The position numbers and the translations under genes were made by a program. Of a stretch of 64,000 nucleotides of DNA, positions 1 through 12,419 are shown one piece after another. Location of the stretch: assembly GCA_002269645.1 (NCBI GenBank), contig NIVC01001969.1:33530-97529 (forward strand), written 5' to 3'. The stretch comes from Macrostomum lignano (Eukaryota). The notes under the pieces were generated by a model that saw only the letters and a program-made list of their open reading frames with translations, did not search any database and was not told the origin of the DNA. Positions within the stretch are counted from its first letter, which is position 1. Each line of letters opens with the position of its first letter.

Positions 1-55
1 TGCTGGCTTTTGATAACAGTGATTTGGGAAGTTCGGTTATGGGGAGCTGAACTTG

Positions 56-514
56 GTGTGCAAATGGCGCCAGAGAAAGTGTGCAAATGGCGCCAAAAAT
101 TGTGCAAATGGCACCAGAGAAAGTGTGCAAGTGGCGCCGGATTGGGAAGTGTGCAAGTGGCGCCAGAGAAAGTGTGCAAATGGCGCCAGAGAAAGTGTGC
201 AAGTGGCGCCGGATTGGGAAGTGTGCAAGTGGCGCCAGAGAAAGTGTGCAAATGGCGCCAGATTAAGAAGTGTGCAAATGGCGCCGGATTGGAAAGTGTG
301 CAAGTGGCGCCAGAGAAAGTGTGCAAATGGCGCCAGATTAAGAAGTGTGCAAATGGCGCCGGATTGGAAAGTGTGCAAGTGGCGCCAGAGAAAGTGTGCA
401 AATGGCGCCAGATTAAGAAGTGTGCAAATGGCGCCGGATTGGAAAGTGTGCAAGTGGCGCCAGAGAAAGTGTGCAAATGGCGCCAGATTGGGAAGTGTGC
501 AAATGGCGCCAGAG
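56..514. repeat. Minisatellite of 23/26-bp units (GTGTGCAARTGGCGCC core) with a 75-bp higher-order unit
   Basis: Units gtgtgcaaatggcgccagagaaa (23), gtgtgcaagtggcgccggattgggaa (26) and gtgtgcaaatggcgccagattaagaa (26). From ~240 a 23+26+26 = 75-bp block recurs, matching the 25-aa repeat in ORF 10..621. Confidence 0.95.
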
Positions 515-1149
515 ATAAAGCAAGTACTGCTGCAACACTGAAGTCACCTGAAGTCGCCATTTTCAAGCTTAGGCCGGACCTTCTGCAAGGTCCATGCCTC
601 AGTCCCAGTTGCGACTCCTGACTCACTCACAAGCCAGTCTGGTGTGGGGCAGACATTTCTGGGAAACATCGGGCTGCTCTGCTGCTCACCCATAGTCGGC
701 GACAGAAATTCTAGAAGAGCCAGAGAAGCCAGAGAGACATGCAGGCAGGGACTGGGATGGGAGACTTATAATAGAATTATAAGACCCAGAAATTCGATTT
801 AATCTGGCCAGCAAAAAAAAGTGAAGTCGACCGGCAGTCGGTTGGAGGCAGGCCGCCCCGACAGCAAAAAAAGTGAATTTTTTTAAGCTGGACCAACTCA
901 GGGAGGCCAAAATGCCGACTTTGTGGGATGTCCGGCCGCTTCATCTGCAACCTTGGCTGGGGGCTCTGCAGGGGACAAAAATAAGCATTTAATTTGTTTA
1001 GCTTTTTGCTTTTTGGTTTTTTTGCTTTTTAATAATTTTTTTCATTGATGAAATGGAGTTTTGATTGCGCAACATATTAGTAGGTCGAGATCAATACTGT
1101 GCTCTCCTCTCTCACTGTCTCCCCCTCTCCCTCTTTAGACGCAAATTTT

Positions 1150-1189
1150 TGGCCTGACGAAGAGCCCAGAGGCTTGAAACTGGGTGCCA
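1150..1189 (+). ncRNA. Degenerate minimal hammerhead-ribozyme-like motif (Penelope-type)
   Basis: tggc-CTGACGA-a-gagcc(caga)ggctt-GAAAC-tgggt-gcca: core CUGANGA and GAAA, stem II gagcc/ggctt, stem I tggc/gcca. The cleavage triplet is not a valid NUH, so it is probably decayed. Confidence 0.35.
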
Positions 1190-1222
1190 TTTCCTAAATA
1201 CTAAAGAATTAATACGTGTGAC

Positions 1223-1716
<494 letters not shown>

Positions 1717-2249
1717 CCTCATCCACACGAATCTACATCAGCCGTAGTCCATGTGTCTCAGTCAGCTCCAAACCCATTGAGAAAGCAGTCAGACCCCAGA
1801 GACAAGCTGGACTCAGACTCAGCTCAGTTTCCAATGCACTCAGTTCTGACATGACAATGCTTTTAATTCTGGATTTCATATTATCATCACAGTTTATCAA
1901 TTATTCACCAGGAGAATGTCGAGGCATTAAGTCTGCTCAAACTCGAGTCCCACTGCTCAAGCTTGGAGACCGAATTTCAAAGGCCAGTCAATCAATCAAA
2001 GTCAAAAGCGCTTTCAGAGCAGCATATGGGCGACTTGTCAAATGCATTGTGCTGAAATTGACTACTAGAGTAAAACTTTCTTAACTCGCTACTTAAATGA
2101 GTAGAGCATATTGGTTTTTGATAATTGACCACGATTTCTACGGCACTCAACAAATAAATTATGAACAGAAATTTCTAGAATATTTTTCTCGATAGTTTTT
2201 TTCAGTTAGTTAGGAAACGTATTGTGGCTTTTAAAAGTGCAGAGAAAGT

Positions 2250-2610
2250 AGCTGAAGGATAGCTGAAGGTCTAAATGAATGGCTGAAGGGTGACTGAAGG
2301 TCTAAATGAATGGCTGAAGAGTGACTGAAGGTCTAAATGAATGGCTGAAGGGTGACTGAAGGTCTAAATGAATGGCTGAAGGATAGCTGAAGGTCTAAAT
2401 GAATGGCTGAAGGGTGACTGAAGGTCTAAATGAATGGCTGAAGGGTGACTGAAGGTCTAAATGAATGGCTGAAGGATAGCTGAAGGTCTAAATGAATGGC
2501 TGAAGGGTGACTGAAGGTCTAAATGAATGGCTGAAGGGCGACTGAAGGTCTAAATGAATGGCTGAAGGGCGACTGAAGGTCTAAATGAATGGCTGAAGGA
2601 TGACTGAAGG
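2250..2610. repeat. 31-bp minisatellite, ~11 copies
   Basis: Unit ggctgaagggtgactgaaggtctaaatgaat. Confidence 0.95.
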
Positions 2611-3114
2611 CTTTGCGGCTGACAAATATCTGAAAAATACTTGGCCAGCGACCGGCACGCGATACAGTGCAATTGTACTTAAAAGCCGAAGTTCATATTT
2701 GGTCGGTCAGAGGCGAGGCCTGCGCCATAGTTGGCTGGCGGCGTGGCGGGGTGTTGTGGCAACAGAGCGGAGTTGTTTTGTAAAGAGATAGTTGGTGGAC
2801 GGTAAAGAGAGAGAGAAAGAGAGAGAAAGAGAGAGGGGGCAGAGAGGGCAGCTGAGTACTTACTGCACAATCATATTATAGCTGAAAAATTTTACCCAAC
2901 AATTAAGGGGAAAGCAGTTACTATTAGTAGGATGAGGGCTTAGGTATTGTTAGCGAAGTGAACTGGTGGGCGGATTTCTGCTACTTATAGTAATATTGGA
3001 TCAGTAGCTAATGGATATTGTCCTTAGTTAGCATGGACTTTCAAAATATGATTATTGAAACTTGCTCCCGTCAGTGTGGCGTAAACTATCAAGATACGAA
3101 ACTTACTTTTTAGG

Positions 3115-3771
3115 AGTAAGACAGGGAGTGATGCAGGGAGTGATGCAGGGAGTGAGACAGGGAGTGATGCAGAGAGTGATGCAGGGAGTGAGACAGGGAG
3201 TGATGCAGAGAGTGATGCAGGGAGTGATGCAGGGAGTGATGCAGGGAGTGATGCAGGGAGTGATGCAGGGAGTGAGACAGGGAGTGAGACAGGGAGTGAG
3301 ACAGGGAGTGATGCAGGGGGTGAGACAGGGAGTGATGCAGGGAGTGATGCAGATAGTGATGCAGGGAGTGATGCAGGGAGTGATGCCGGGAGTGATGCAG
3401 GGAGTGATGCAGGGAGTGATGCAGGGAGTGATGCAGGGAGTGATGCAGGAGTGATGCAGGGAGTGATTCAGGGAGTGATGCAGGGAGTAATGCAGGGAGT
3501 GATGCAGGGAGTGAGACAGGGAGTGAGACAGGGAGTGAGACAGGGAGTGATGCAGGGGGTGAGACAGGGAGTGATGAAGAGAGTGATGCAGGGAGTGATG
3601 CAGAGAGTGAGACAGGGAGTGATGCAGGGAGTGAGACAGGGAGTGATGCAGGGAGTGATGCAGAGAGTGATGCAGGGAGTGATGCAGTGAGTGAGACAGG
3701 GAGTGAGACAGGGAGTGATGCAGGGAGTGATGCAGGGAGTAAGGCAGAGAGTGAGACAGGGAGTGATGCAG
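3115..3771. repeat. 12-bp minisatellite, ~55 copies
   Basis: Unit gtgatgcaggga with gtgagacaggga variants; source of ORFs 3062-3870. Confidence 0.96.
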
Positions 3772-4636
3772 GTCCCTGAGGCAGCCGCATTGATTAGAGC
3801 ACAGTGAGCACTCCGCCCCCAGAGCAGCAGCCAGCAAGAACAGGCCAATCTTCCCAAATCCAGTTCCCAAACTCCCAGAAAATGAGGCTCTCTTTCTCCT
3901 TCCTTCTTTCCCGCATCAATCGCTGGGGGGGGGGCATGTTTCTGTAATCCCCTGTCCCCCAGCCCCCAGATCCCTTTTTCGGCTCCACATCCGAAGTGCC
4001 TATAATATCTCTGATCATCTCGGAGCAGAGTTTGAGTGCTTAAACCAGCTCAGGGTTCGGTTTGGGATCTAAACAGGCTCCCAATTCCCTTGCACTCCCT
4101 TCCCCCCCTTTCCCCAGCGCTGTGCATGAATGAGTTGACGCGGACAGAAACACTTCACGCACTCGTGACCAAATGATTAGCTACAGGGGGAAGCCGGCGG
4201 CCTTCGCCGCAGTCTCCATCCTCCCAGCCATCAAACTCCCCCCCCCTTAGCCAGGAAAGGGGAGTTGGAGGGTCAGGGAAAACGAGGAGCATTCTAGTAA
4301 ATATCGCGTATCCCTTGTCTGGCTCTCCCTGTGCGCAAGTTTATCCTCTCCCCCCATTTACCCGTCTGCTCCCAACCTCCCCTTCTTCTTCGCGTCTCTA
4401 AGAGAGGGCAAGAGAATTGCTAGGGAAGGGACGAAAATCTGGAGAAATCCTTGTAGAATGTACACGGCCGCAAATATTCAAGCATAGTGCAGGAGATTTC
4501 TATTATGAAGGCGGCAATTAGCCATGGCCCATGGCGGTGGGGCCCCCCCAACCAGTCGTATCGATTCGCTAACTGGAAGAGAAGATGCTCTCGCCAATTT
4601 TGTAGGAGTTGCACCGTTATGACTCTGCCAGAAAAG

Positions 4637-7600
4637 GCCGCCAAAATTGTATTGAATAAGGCGCCAAAATTGCATTGAATAAGGCGCCAAAATTGCATTG
4701 AATAAGGCGCCAAAATTGCATTGAGTAAATCGCCAAAATTGCATTGAATAAGGCGCCAAAATTGCATTGAGCAAATCGCCAAAATTGCATTGAACAAGGC
4801 GCCAAAATTGCATTGAGTAAATCGCCAAAATTGCATTGAGCAAATCGCCAAAATTGCATTGAACAAGGCGCCAAAATTGCATTGAATAAGGCGCCAAAAT
4901 TGCATTGAGCAAATCGCCAAAATTGCATTGAACAAGGCGCCAAAATTGCATTGAATAAGGCGCCAAAATTGCATTGAGCAAAGCGCCAAAATTGCATTGA
5001 ATAAGGTGCCAAAATTGCATTGAGCAAATCGCCAAAATTGCATTGAACAAGGCGCCAAAATTTCATTGAGTAAATCGCCAAAGTTGCATTGAATAAGGCG
5101 CCAAAATTGCATTGAATAAGGTGCCAAATTTGCATTGAATAAGGCGCCAAAATTGCATTGAGCAAAGCGCCAAAATTGCATTGAATAAGGCGCCAAAATT
5201 GCATTGAATAAGGCGCCAAAATTGCATTGAATAAGGCGCCAAAATTGCATTGAGTAAATCGCCAAAGTTGCATTGAATAAGGCGCCAAAATTGCATTGAG
5301 CAAATCGCCAAAATTGCATTGAACAAGGCGCCAAAATTGCATTGAATAAGGTGCCAAATTTGCATTGAATAAGGCGCCAAAATTGCATTGAGCAAAGCGC
5401 CAAAATTGCATTGAATAAGGCGCCAAAATTGCATTGAGTAAATCGCCAAAATTGCATTGAATAAGGCGCCAAAATTGCATTGAGCAAATCGCCAAAATTG
5501 CATTGAACAAGGCGCCAAAATTGCATTGAATAAGGTGCCAAATTTGCATTGAATAAGGCGCCAAAATTGCATTGAGCAAAGCGCCAAAATTGCATTGAAT
5601 AAGGCGCCAAAATTGCATTGAGCAAAGCGCCAAAATTGCATTGAATAAGGCGCCAAAATTGCATTGAATAAGGCGCCAAAATTGCATTGAATAAGGCGCC
5701 AAAATTGCATTGAGTAAATCGCCAAAATTGCATTGAATAAGGCGCCAAAATTGCATTGAGCAAATCGCCAAAATTGCATTGAACAAGGCGCCAAAATTGC
5801 ATTGAATAAGGCGCCAAAATTGCATTGAGCAAAGCGCCAAAATTGCATTGAACAAGGCGCCAAAATTTCATTGAATAAGGCGCTAAAATTGCATTGAATA
5901 AGGTGCCAAATTTGCATTGAATAAGGCGCCAAAATTGCATTGAGCAAAGCGCCAAAATTGCATTGAATAAGGCGCCAAAATTGCATTGAGCAAAGCGCCA
6001 AAATTGCATTGAATAAGGCGCCAAAATTGCATTGAATAAGGCGCCAAAATTGCATTGAATAAGGCGCCAAAATTGCATTGAGTAAATCGCCAAAATTGCA
6101 TTGAATAAGGCGCCAAAATTGCATTGAGCAAATCGCCAAAATTGCATTGAACAAGGCGCCAAAATTGCATTGAATAAGGCGCCAAAATTGCATTGAGCAA
6201 AGCGCCAAAATTGCATTGAATAAGGCGCCAAAATTGCATTGAGCAAATCGCCAAAATTGCATTGAATAAGGCGCCAAAATTGCATTGAGCAAATCGCCAA
6301 AATTGCATTGAACAAGGCGCCAAAATTGCATTGAGTAAATCGCCAAAATTGCATTGAATAAGGCGCCAAAATTGCATTGAGCAAATCGCCAAAATTGCAT
6401 TGAACAAGGCGCCAAAATTGCATTGAGTAAATCGCCAAAATTGCATTGAGCAAATCGCCAAAATTGCATTGAACAAGGCGCCAAAATTGCATTGAATAAG
6501 GCGCCAAAATTGCATTGAGCAAATCGCCAAAATTGCATTGAACAAGGCGCCAAAATTGCATTGAATAAGGCGCCAAAATTGCATTGAGCAAAGCGCCAAA
6601 ATTGCATTGAATAAGGTGCCAAAATTGCATTGAGCAAATCGCCAAAATTGCATTGAACAAGGCGCCAAAATTTCATTGAGTAAATCGCCAAAGTTGCATT
6701 GAATAAGGCGCCAAAATTGCATTGAATAAGGTGCCAAATTTGCATTGAATAAGGCGCCAAAATTGCATTGAGCAAAGCGCCAAAATTGCATTGAATAAGG
6801 CGCCAAAATTGCATTGAATAAGGCGCCAAAATTGCATTGAATAAGGCGCCAAAATTGCATTGAGTAAATCGCCAAAGTTGCATTGAATAAGGCGCCAAAA
6901 TTGCATTGAGCAAATCGCCAAAATTGCATTGAACAAGGCGCCAAAATTGCATTGAATAAGGTGCCAAATTTGCATTGAATAAGGCGCCAAAATTGCATTG
7001 AGCAAAGCGCCAAAATTGCATTGAATAAGGCGCCAAAATTGCATTGAGTAAATCGCCAAAATTGCATTGAATAAGGCGCCAAAATTGCATTGAGCAAATC
7101 GCCAAAATTGCATTGAACAAGGCGCCAAAATTGCATTGAATAAGGTGCCAAATTTGCATTGAATAAGGCGCCAAAATTGCATTGAGCAAAGCGCCAAAAT
7201 TGCATTGAATAAGGCGCCAAAATTGCATTGAGCAAAGCGCCAAAATTGCATTGAATAAGGCGCCAAAATTGCATTGAATAAGGCGCCAAAATTGCATTGA
7301 ATAAGGCGCCAAAATTGCATTGAGTAAATCGCCAAAATTGCATTGAATAAGGCGCCAAAATTGCATTGAGCAAATCGCCAAAATTGCATTGAACAAGGCG
7401 CCAAAATTGCATTGAATAAGGCGCCAAAATTGCATTGAGCAAAGCGCCAAAATTGCATTGAACAAGGCGCCAAAATTTCATTGAATAAGGCGCTAAAATT
7501 GCATTGAATAAGGTGCCAAATTTGCATTGAATAAGGCGCCAAAATTGCATTGAGCAAAGCGCCAAAATTGCATTGAATAAGGCGCCAAAATTGCATTGAA

Positions 7601-7886
7601 TAAGGCGCCAAAATTGCATTGAGTAAATCGCCAAAATTGCATTGAATAAGGCGCCAAAATTGCATTGAGCAAATCGCCAAAATTGCATTGAACAAGGCGC
7701 CAAAATTGCATTGAATAAGGCGCCAAAATTGCATTGAGCAAAGCGCCAAAATTGCATTGAATAAGGCGCCAAAATTGCATTGAGCAAATCGCCAAAATTG
7801 CATTGAACAAGGCGCCAAAATTTCATTGAATAAGGCGCTAAAATTGCATTGAATAAGGTGCCAAATTTGCATTGAATAAGGCGCCC
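4637..7886. repeat. 23-bp satellite array (~140 monomers) with a 1610-bp (70-mer) higher-order repeat
   Basis: Unit aaaattgcattgaataaggcgcc with variants. Rare variant strings recur exactly 1610 bp apart (5051/6661 and 5881/7491). Confidence 0.97.
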
Positions 7887-9238
7887 CATTGCACCCAGTG
7901 GGACGGCAGTCTTGAATTGACGTCAAGCTATTGGCACATTTTTCAGCGACAGACCGGTCACAGGACAGGACTGGGACATGCCGGAAATCTATAATACGCA
8001 GCAATTCCATCCCTATGGCGGCCGTGCCATACAAAGTTTCTTTTAAAAAATAACTTTCCATCCCATCCCTAAGTTCTCTTCCCCTTGTACACGCACAACA
8101 CAGCGGACGGAGGACTTGAGAGGAGAACTAGGGACCGCTTTCCCATGCAAGTGTATATAAAATTCCCCTAACCAACAACCTCGATCCCAGATCCCCTGAA
8201 ACTGGCCCCACCAACCCCTCCCCCCCCTTAGCAGGCCCGCTGTCATCCCTTCTCGCGATTTCTGGCCGCTCAGCTTGCGGCAAAGAAATCAAGCCAATAA
8301 GTTTTTTCGTGCGCTCGCTGTGGTCTGAAAACAGGGCTTGGCCCCCCCCCACTCTCTTCAGCGGCAGCAAATAGCGGCACCTACGGCCCGAAGCAGCAGA
8401 CAGTTCCCGCAGACGCTCGTGCCCATGCATTTAATCCGATATAGCCAGCCGGTAATAGGGCCACCCCCAAGCATCTCTGCCTGTGTCCTCCGAGCCTCAA
8501 TCAGGGTGGCCTTTCCAGGGCTTTTTTTTCAGTAGCAGAGACAGGCAGAAGAAAAAGAAAGAAAAGAGGGAGGGAGCCTGTGCGCAACCTGCACAGTCGG
8601 GAATGGTGCAAGAAGAAAAAAGCAAAGAATTTCTCTCTCCCTCTCTCTCATTCACTCTATATTCTGCATATTCCGCAATCGTTTTCAAGCGCATCAAGAA
8701 ATACTTTTAGTTTTGGAGAGACACAAGAAGGCAAGTGCCGAGGGTTTGAAGAGGAAAGACTTGCTTTGCCTGCAGTCGGACTGCGCCTTTAACTCCGAGG
8801 TTCACATGCGCAGAAGCAGACAGAGTTGGCCCTCTTTTCTCTCACTCTGCTAATGCAAAGCATGAGAAAGCATTGGCAGGGCAGATCTCACAGGGTCAAG
8901 AGGAGCCAGCTTAGTGTAAAGTTTATACACAGTTGGAATTGAAAACTGCAGTGGCTGCAGGATAAACTGAACTTCGGCTGTCAAATTAAAATTGTCGCTT
9001 TGCACTTGAAGCCGTACAGATTTTGCTGGATTGAAGATTAAAACAAATACGCTCGTAGGTCATTTATTTGACAATAAACCTTTGGACAATCTTTTTGCTC
9101 GTGTCGGTTTTAGTAGATTTTGAAGGCTTATTAGGAAACATTCTTAACACAATGATAAACTCACTTTAAATAGCAATTTGTACTGTTTATAAGGCATTCC
9201 AGGAGCCAGTTTAGGTGTCAAGGCGTGCAGTTCATCGA

Positions 9239-9597
9239 CAGTTCAGGAGTGACTCTCAAGCCAGTTCAGGAGTGATTCTCTCAAGCCAGTTCAGGAGTGA
9301 CTCTCTCAAGCCAGTTCAGGAGTGACTCTCAAGCCAGTTCAGGAGTGACTCTCAAGCCAGTTCAGGAGTGAGTCTCAAGCCAGTTCAGGAGTGACTCTCA
9401 AGCCAGTTCAGGAGTGACTCTCAAGCCAGTTCAGGAGTGACTCTCAAGCCAGTTCAGGAGTGACTCTCAATGCAGTTCAGGAGTGACCCTCAAGCCAGTT
9501 CAGGAGTGACTCTCAAGCCAGTTTAGGAGTGACTCTCAAGCCAGTTCAGGAGTGACTCTCAAGCCAGTTCAGGAGTGAATCTCTCAAGCCAGTTCAG
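9239..9597. repeat. 23-bp minisatellite, ~15 copies
   Basis: Unit aagccagttcaggagtgactctc. Confidence 0.95.
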
Positions 9598-10819
9598 TAG
9601 CGAGTCTTCTAGGCAATATTGAAAATAAAAAAGTCACAACCAGAAGCCAAATTGAGATTTAAAATTTGTTATAAAAAGTTATTGCCACACCAGAAGACAT
9701 GGCAGACATGCTTGCTAAAGTTTGTGTCTGTGTGTGAGTCCCAAACGGTCTCAAGTGTGCCATAATAGACAATTATACATATATTTATATAATTTTTATT
9801 GAATAGAAAAAATACTGCAAAAGTGCAGCCGCTAATTAATTGAGACAGAAATTGCAGCTCACAAAAAGTGTTTTTTTGAGTGGGAAAAGTCTCGAGCTCA
9901 AGTTGAATTACCCGGCAACAGACCGAGAGAATGAGAGAGAAAAAAAGCGCAGATTACAATTACGTAATAAAAATATATTTATATAATCAAAGTTTTAGTG
10001 ATAATCGCTCAATGTTTCTTGTACCTTTGTGCATCGAAGCAAACACAAATCAATCAGGTAAAATTATCGATTAAACAAATTATGTACATTGCTATACTTA
10101 TACACACGCGAGAGTAATATTAAATAATAATTTAATATTCGATTTGTTGATCAAAAAAGCAGCGGCAGGGGCAATAGACAGTCAGGCAACGCTAAATATA
10201 CAGAAAATTTGAAAAGAGTTAAGCAACACTATAAAAGCAGGGATAGATAGAAGCGATGATGGGGGAGGGGGCAAAGTTAGCGTCAGTTGGGCAGACTTTA
10301 TAGCTTAGCTGGCATAATACTAATAACATTTAATCATGTTACAATACTGTATAAAATCTGCACTCGAAATATTTTTTGACGGTGAATTGAAAAGCCGCAC
10401 AGGGCCCAGAGCAGCTGTGCAGGAAAAAAAGGACAAAAATTGAGAGCAAATTAACAAATAGAAGATCAGCATGATACAAAGCAGAAAATATATGCTATAA
10501 AGAGTAATAATTATAAATATAATAATTATAGAATTCTGCAAACATAGGTAATCTTTTTTATCAGTTGCAAAAAGACAACAAAAAAGACAACAGATTATTA
10601 TAAACGAGAACAAACAAGAGATAAAAAACAACAGCAAAAGTTGCAGCTATTTAAGATAAACCTACTTAGCATTCTTGCGGAAGCGGCACTATAAATGAAC
10701 GTGATTTCGGGTTCTGACTTGTGTTTAATTCAACAATTGAGTTATAATAGCAACAGACTATATTAGGAATACTCAGGGATCCGCCCCCCAGCTGAGAGAA
10801 ATCAACTCCAAGTCCCATG

Positions 10820-12385
10820 TCAGATGATGCCACCCAATAGGCTGTCACCTCCAGTTGATGCTTCGTCCAGCAGTGACAGCAGATCGCCGAAATTCCCATC
10901 GCCACCGCCTAATGGCTCCAACGCCAAGTCGTCCAAGTCTGTTTTAATACTAGCAGGATCTGTGGTTGAGCAACTGCTAGCGTTGGTTGAATTCGTAGGC
11001 GGGTAACTGCTGCTGTATTGCTGCTGCTGCTGCTGTTGCGACTGCTGCTGAGATTGAGAAGCCACTGCAGCAGGCACCTGTTGCTGCTGTTGATAAGTCC
11101 AAGGCGGCTGAGACAGCGGCGCCTGTCCATAAGGCGGATAAACGGCGGCAGGCCTCACGGAGGCGCCAGCATAAGAAGTCGGATAAGACGGCATCACAGA
11201 AGCCGAGCTCATGACTGGCTTCTGCTGTTGCTGACGCTGAGTTCCGCTGGCGGCACAAGCAGGCGATGCAGCTCGACCGTCTGCTTGCTGCAGTTGCTGC
11301 TGCTGGTGGTGCTGATGCGGCAGCACCGGGACTCTCCATCTGCAGTCACGATCGAGCAGTACTCGGTCAACCATGCTGGAGCGAGTCTCCTCAAGCAAGC
11401 CAAAGATAAATTCGTCAATCTCTAAGCCGGATAATTGAGCAGATTTCTGACACACGGGGCATCGCCAGGTGTTAAAGTTGGCGTTTCTCTCTAGGTAGGT
11501 GCGCAAGTCGAAGCACTGGGCGTGATGACAATCGGAGCCTCTGGCTGGCAAATCGATGCGGTGATTGCTGATTGGACAGCGCAAAGACAGCGCGCACTGA
11601 TGCAGCTGCTGCTGCTGATGCAGGTGTTTCAGCTTCTCTACGCAACTCTCTAGCGCGAGCCGACGCCTACGCCAGAGGCCCTGAACTACGGAGGCCACGG
11701 TGGGCCGGTGCACCAACTGCAAGAGAAACAGGTGGCTGCAACAGCAAGCTGACAGGCCTAATTGCAGACAATTGGCCTGACCAGTGCCAGGCTGTAGCAG
11801 CAGCTGCTTCAAGTGAACAGGACGGCACTGGTGAGTGATTGGCACAGGGCTGCCATTGACAGACACAGTCAGGCCAGCTGGCCAGTTGCACAATGCCGCA
11901 GGATCGTTGGCTAAGCAGGCAAGAAATTGCAGTTCAAGATCGGCCCGACTCATCAGGGTCTTGTACACTTCCGGCTTCAATTCGAATTGATGACGAGACA
12001 TGGCTAAGCCGTGGTCCACGTGGAATGGACCCAGCAGGGTGCCAGATGGGACGCAGAAGTTCAGCCTGGATGAGTGGCTATCCTCAGAGTCTTGGAGGCC
12101 TTGGAGCTGCTGCTGCTGATGATGAGGCTGCTGCTGATAAGGATGAGGCGGCGGCAGTGGAGGCTGAGGATAAGGTTGATAGTGCGGGGGATAGGCCGGG
12201 TTGGGCCCACCATATCTAGATGCTGGCAGACTGTAGGGAGCAGGCCTGTGCTGCATCTGATGCTGTTGCTGCTGCAAATGATGCTGAGTGATTTTGCCGC
12301 CGCCGCTGCCACCACCGCCGCCCGAGTAAGAAGGGTTTGGATGCGACCAACCCTCCTTACCAAGAGCGCACATTGAGGGTTGCAT
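10820..12385 (-). CDS. ZMIZ1: Zinc finger MIZ (SP-RING) domain protein, ZMIZ1/tonalli-like (single ORF, possibly a terminal exon)
   Basis: SP-RING LRCPISNHRIDLPARGSDCHHAQCFDLRTYL...WRCPVCQK. It is preceded by ZMIZ-specific motifs (LMSRADLELQF, CNWPAGLTVSVNG, SACCCSHLFLLQLVHRPTVASVVQGL) and flanked by P/Q-rich regions. Confidence 0.93.
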   Translation of the reverse strand: MQPSMCALGKEGWSHPNPSYSGGGGGSGGGKITQHHLQQQQHQMQHRPAPYSLPASRYGGPNPAYPPHYQPYPQPPLPPPHPYQQQPHHQQQQLQGLQDSEDSHSSRLNFCVPSGTLLGPFHVDHGLAMSRHQFELKPEVYKTLMSRADLELQFLACLANDPAALCNWPAGLTVSVNGSPVPITHQCRPVHLKQLLLQPGTGQANCLQLGLSACCCSHLFLLQLVHRPTVASVVQGLWRRRRLALESCVEKLKHLHQQQQLHQCALSLRCPISNHRIDLPARGSDCHHAQCFDLRTYLERNANFNTWRCPVCQKSAQLSGLEIDEFIFGLLEETRSSMVDRVLLDRDCRWRVPVLPHQHHQQQQLQQADGRAASPACAASGTQRQQQQKPVMSSASVMPSYPTSYAGASVRPAAVYPPYGQAPLSQPPWTYQQQQQVPAAVASQSQQQSQQQQQQQYSSSYPPTNSTNASSCSTTDPASIKTDLDDLALEPLGGGDGNFGDLLSLLDEASTGGDSLLGGII

Positions 12386-12419
12386 GCATTGTAATAATAA
12401 GACCCATTGTATATACTTG

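Noticed and set aside
4420-8061. Very long minus-strand ORFs (up to 800 aa, MQFWRL/QCNFG/NAILA repeats)
   Set aside because: They translate a 23-bp satellite that happens to lack minus-strand stops. All three frames give the same peptide and the period is not a multiple of 3.
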